IMG/VR virus record: IMGVR_UViG_3300047462_000344
Location: 1 to 64,000 of that record
Length of the DNA: 64,000 bases
Strand: one strand, 5' to 3'
Origin: a virus
The position numbers were made by a program, and so were the translations under genes. Positions within the stretch are counted from its first letter, which is position 1. The number at the start of each line of letters is the position of its first letter. Positions 61,701 through 64,000 of the stretch are shown here, one piece after another. The notes under the pieces are model-generated. The model saw only the letters and a list, made by a program, of their open reading frames with translations. It was not told the DNA's origin and ran no database searches.

Positions 61701-63404
61701 GAATGTATCGGCGCCCCCCGACCCGCCCGAGGCGTCGCAGTTCACGATGTGGAACCGCGACACATCGGTGAAATCAAAGAACAGGGCGGCCGAGGATGTG
61801 CCCGTGTCGCGGGTGATGTCGCAGCTATCGACGAACCCGTCGATCAGGTTCGCGGCCTGGACGATGCCGACCGCCACATTGAGTTCGCCCAGCCCACACC
61901 AGAATCCGAGCAGGCTGGTTTTCTGGCTGGCATAGCCGGTCCAGCCCGTTTGCGCGGTCTGGTAGAAAACGCGATCGCAATTGATGACGACCGGATTGAC
62001 CAAGTAAAGCCCCTCGCAATACCCGGTCTGCACCACCAGCGCCGCGCCATACTGTGCCGCGACGCCATTCACCCGGATATCGAAACAGCCATTGATCTCC
62101 AGGAAGGCCGAACTGGTGGCGCCGGCCGCGCTCGGTGGCCCGAACCAGTTCACGTCGCGGAGCCGCGGCTTCCAGCAATTCACCAGCACGATGCCGCGCA
62201 GCCAGGTCTGCGGGAACGGCGCCGTCCCGTTGCCGCCGTTGGGATAGCCCTGGACAGCGACGCCTTCGACAGCCACGCTTTCGTAGCCGGACGATTGCAC
62301 AGGATAGGTGACCCGCACCGCAGCAGCGGTCTGGCCCGAGGTGTTCTCCGCCCAGAAAGTCACGTCCCGGACCAGGACCTGCTGCAACACGGAACTCGGC
62401 GCGATGTCGAAAGCAATGCCGGTATGGGTGACGTGAATCCTGGTCAGGGCCTTGCCGGCGCCAACGATGGCAACCTGTTTCGACGAAAAACCGATCGACG
62501 AATTCAGCTTGAAATCGCCTTGCGGCACGGAAATGATGCCGCCCCCACTGGGCAGCGCAGCGAAAGCCGCATTGAACGCAGCCGTGCTATCCGCCGTCCC
62601 GCTCGCATCAGCCCCGTAACTGACCACGCTGACCACGGCAGCCAGGGCGGAGATGGACGCGGCCAGGGCCGCGTCGCCGGCGATCCGTGCCGCCGTCTCC
62701 GCGGTCAGCCCGGCGGAGAGCGTGGTGATCGACGTGCCCTGCGAGGCGGCGGTACTGCCAAGCGACGACACTTCGCTGTTCAGCGTGGACACCGCCGCCG
62801 AGCGGGTTGCAGCCTCAGCGGTCAGGCCGGCCGACAGGGTCGAGACGGAGCCGGAGAGGTTGGTCGTCAGGGTGGTCAGCGTGCCTTCCACCCCCTCTGC
62901 CCGCGCCGTTTCTGCCATGATGCTGCCCGCCAACGAGGTGGTCAGGGTTTCGAGGGCTGCGATATCCTCCAGCACGGCCGGGTCGGACACCGACCCCAGC
63001 ACGGCAATGCCTTTGCCCAGGCTCAGATTGGGCGAGAGATTGACGCACAGAATCCAGACCACGATTTCATAGGTCCGGTTCGCCGTGGCAATGACGAACT
63101 CGATCGCGCAATCCTGTGGCGATGCGCCGCCGGAAAGCAGGACGGTGAGAAGCCCGGTCCCCGCCGGATCGAATTGCGTGTTGATGGCAAGGGGCGTGCT
63201 GCCCCCGCCGCCGACCGTTACCGTTGCTGAATAGGATGTGATCGGCTCGCCAGCATCAGCCGCGTAAACACTGGCATCCAGCGTGTAATCCCAGACCGAT
63301 CCGGGCGTTTTGGGCGGGAAGCGCAGTTCTTCGGACAGGTCCGTCGCCGGCTTCGGCAACACCAGCGTGCGCGCCACCGATGGGGTGAAAGGACAGGCGA
63401 CCAT
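58737..63404 (-). CDS. Giant (1555 aa) tailspike/depolymerase-like protein with pectate-lyase-type beta-helix regions
   Basis: ...SYGADASGTADSTAAFNAAFAALPSGGGIISVPQGDFKL... is a tailspike beta-helix entry motif. A second similar unit is ...GGTSYDVDCWAALQALL.... N-terminal TLxxxL heptad-like repeats. Late box before ATG 63404. Confidence 0.8.
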   Translation of the reverse strand: MVACPFTPSVARTLVLPKPATDLSEELRFPPKTPGSVWDYTLDASVYAADAGEPITSYSATVTVGGGGSTPLAINTQFDPAGTGLLTVLLSGGASPQDCAIEFVIATANRTYEIVVWILCVNLSPNLSLGKGIAVLGSVSDPAVLEDIAALETLTTSLAGSIMAETARAEGVEGTLTTLTTNLSGSVSTLSAGLTAEAATRSAAVSTLNSEVSSLGSTAASQGTSITTLSAGLTAETAARIAGDAALAASISALAAVVSVVSYGADASGTADSTAAFNAAFAALPSGGGIISVPQGDFKLNSSIGFSSKQVAIVGAGKALTRIHVTHTGIAFDIAPSSVLQQVLVRDVTFWAENTSGQTAAAVRVTYPVQSSGYESVAVEGVAVQGYPNGGNGTAPFPQTWLRGIVLVNCWKPRLRDVNWFGPPSAAGATSSAFLEINGCFDIRVNGVAAQYGAALVVQTGYCEGLYLVNPVVINCDRVFYQTAQTGWTGYASQKTSLLGFWCGLGELNVAVGIVQAANLIDGFVDSCDITRDTGTSSAALFFDFTDVSRFHIVNCDASGGSGGADTFANFQATYNSSGCSLIGVHLENFGTAINIVGSNGTVGLIVDNVDAGGAAITDASGITAGNRIYTRGHASSTNPSGLASTRDFVWQGPDNTVLARVQSIQAAANYVKQVPAAASNPPGIHFQGADTIVPGVIQTQGGNLYLSAGGDGVSGSLCQFTNLSNSAAWPVFQNATVGNLVLLGTNAGGLALSPQTQLWIGGTVVYSSTIGGNTSNPGSGAVSQLWSNGGAVSVALSSGALPAPAYASVTVSTGVAFSSAGTITSEAQLYLAAGTQLWLGAAGGTGAVYSATIAAQTSNPGTSAANKLWNNGNVVSLSTGTTALPLPSFHPNFVASQAFGDIAGSALIFPHAAVPTPPSARSGLLQGDRWKAMGVFSAADFVAPGQSTSIGGTSYDVDCWAALQALLLYAQNMYLAAAGTGLANIINRTFFDVHLPAGNYAISQPLIVPRFVRLGGPGTIKPSPYVNPQGGTLVSGIFDGTVNASTNFLPLVVCASQSHLSDLNLYPSGFNGAYTYKTSGLVIGKNWQATAISSIGSAGTGYSVGQVYLLANPDASPFSAIFVTVTAVNGVGGITAATLLFQGAYSLPPAANMYNGAAGLQETQWAGLGVFDPAVPHALLVTTQASGIGTGGASGSGASMIPTWQTDFPGGNAYATGSVGVPSGTTAGRITIHSAVQNNYGSGTYGPTYNVQVSGLECEIDSVRGLGGRVGLWAVYCQDLRINKLNFVDTATFAWLRYFGSIECPNCVIDTCGQAFVLDQGHGAIFNFRAFFEEGNIVNPLPPCNTGYTGSTLPGAISIGYGSSTTAPVTGCRLVGTLHNMGGLPASTISAKGLTGVSASQQTALVSISNATDCTLDIQASNYSQYPASAGGPAASLLPASALYSLGVNVDPGCVLKGSLDTLLVIDGVAIQSAIVTRTSGAALPCECDVQDTYHQTRIRSRGLCTIDGSGAPTNGTGGTGAGQAGVGSQYVNTANGAIYRNTGTLASPVWTTP

Positions 63405-63413
63405 GTCCCCACG

Positions 63414-63426
63414 ATGGCGTCACGAC
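63414..63426 (-). promoter_or_regulatory. Late box copy
   Basis: Minus strand GTCGTGACGCCAT + CGTGGGGAC + ATG(63404). Preceded by a small CCCCG-GGT-CGGGG hairpin. Confidence 0.55.
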
Positions 63427-63441
63427 CCCGACCCGGGGTTG

Positions 63442-64000
63442 TTAGTCGTCTTCTTCGTCCGGCCGCTTATCCAGTCCGGCCGCGATCCGCAACTCCTTAA
63501 CCCACCGCTCCGGGGTCCACGCCATGTTGTCCAAGTCGATCACGATTTCGCCCCAGCGCGGTCCGCCACCGCTGGCGTAACGATCGGCCCTCTCACCATA
63601 GACAGGTATTTCATGATCCGACAGTCTCACCTCATACCGGCGCCCATTGATTTCCTTGCATAGATATCTGGAGTCAGCCTTCCCGGAAGAGTTGCTAGTG
63701 TGTCGTAAAGTAAAGCCGTCTTTTTTCCCAATTCTAACAAGAGCTTCGAGCGTAGCCGACTTGGCCATTTCTTTGGTATTTTCCACGTAGCCTTTCTGTG
63801 CTGACTGCTCGATTTGTTCCCGGCGCCCCTTATTCCATATCTTGGCTATTGGCAGGTTCGCGATACGGCGGCACTGAGCAAATTCAGCCTCGCGCTCGGC
63901 TTGCATCTTGGCGTCTTTTATGGCCAACTGCTCCGCCAACGGCTTACGCGCGAACTCGGCAGCCGCAATGCCCGCCGGTGTTTTTGCGTAGGCTTCTTCA
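63442..64000 (-). CDS. Hypothetical protein, 5' end outside the window
   Basis: The frame is open from the TAA at 63442 to nt 64000 (...EEAYAKTPAGIAAAEFARKPLAEQLAIKDAKMQ...). Partly AT-richer (63650-63800). Confidence 0.5.
   Translation of the reverse strand, partial: EEAYAKTPAGIAAAEFARKPLAEQLAIKDAKMQAEREAEFAQCRRIANLPIAKIWNKGRREQIEQSAQKGYVENTKEMAKSATLEALVRIGKKDGFTLRHTSNSSGKADSRYLCKEINGRRYEVRLSDHEIPVYGERADRYASGGGPRWGEIVIDLDNMAWTPERWVKELRIAAGLDKRPDEEDD

Larger units (their letters stand above)
264..64000. mobile_element. Integrated contractile-tailed prophage; left end at the tRNA fragment and integrase, right end beyond the window
   Basis: Integrase and excisionase lie next to the tRNA 3' end. 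Replication, recombination, head, tail, lysis and tailspike modules follow continuously to nt 64000. Many ATGA/TGATG coupled gene junctions. Confidence 0.85.

Noticed and set aside
13063-63426. Late box interpreted as a Shine-Dalgarno variant or a sigma-54 promoter
   Set aside because: It has no complementarity to the anti-SD (CCUCC), and the spacing to the ATG is too long for the GACGG part to act as an SD. It also lacks the GG-N10-GC (-24/-12) arrangement of sigma-54 promoters.

Overview
Nearly the whole window is one GC-rich integrated prophage with a contractile tail. It is longer than 63.7 kb and its right end is not reached. All calls come from reading the ORF track and the DNA by eye; no homology search was run.

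Layout, left to right:
- **1-329:** a partial flank gene and the 3' 66 nt of a tRNA-Val(CAC).
- **348-6630, minus strand:** tyrosine integrase, excisionase-like HTH, small genes, Toprim/DnaB-type helicase, loader-like gene, replication initiator with an internal iteron origin, RusA, and a small regulator.
- **6753-11055, plus strand:** recombination block with a RecE-type exonuclease, RecT and an SMC/Rad50-like ATPase.
- **11000-32170, minus strand:** morphogenesis block with prohead protease, scaffold, capsid, connector genes, sheath, tube, chaperone pair, tape measure, baseplate and fibre.
- **32342-33439:** a C5-cytosine methyltransferase.
- **33512-49435:** several cassettes of small unknown genes.
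- **Giant genes and lysis/host-recognition genes:** a 1530-aa SNF2 protein, a 2270-aa DarB-like N6-MTase plus helicase, a GH108-like lysin, and a glycosidase/fibre/1555-aa tailspike cluster.

No terminase, portal, rRNA or CRISPR array was seen.

Most notable observations:
1. The 2270-aa protein carries an intein inside helicase motif II. The intein's insertion loop encodes a Vsr/DUF559-type endonuclease in the +1 frame.
2. A 13-nt box, GTCGTGACGSCAT, sits 8-9 nt upstream of the ATG of seven SD-less minus-strand genes. It also heads two longer leaders.
3. The C5-MTase locus has recognisable methylase motifs in two overlapping frames.
4. An N-terminal module is shared by the giant protein and two or three other proteins.
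5. A CCCCCTAACCCC repeat marks every gene junction of one small-gene cassette.
6. Iterons are embedded in the initiator gene.
7. The tail chaperone pair needs a +1 frame change.
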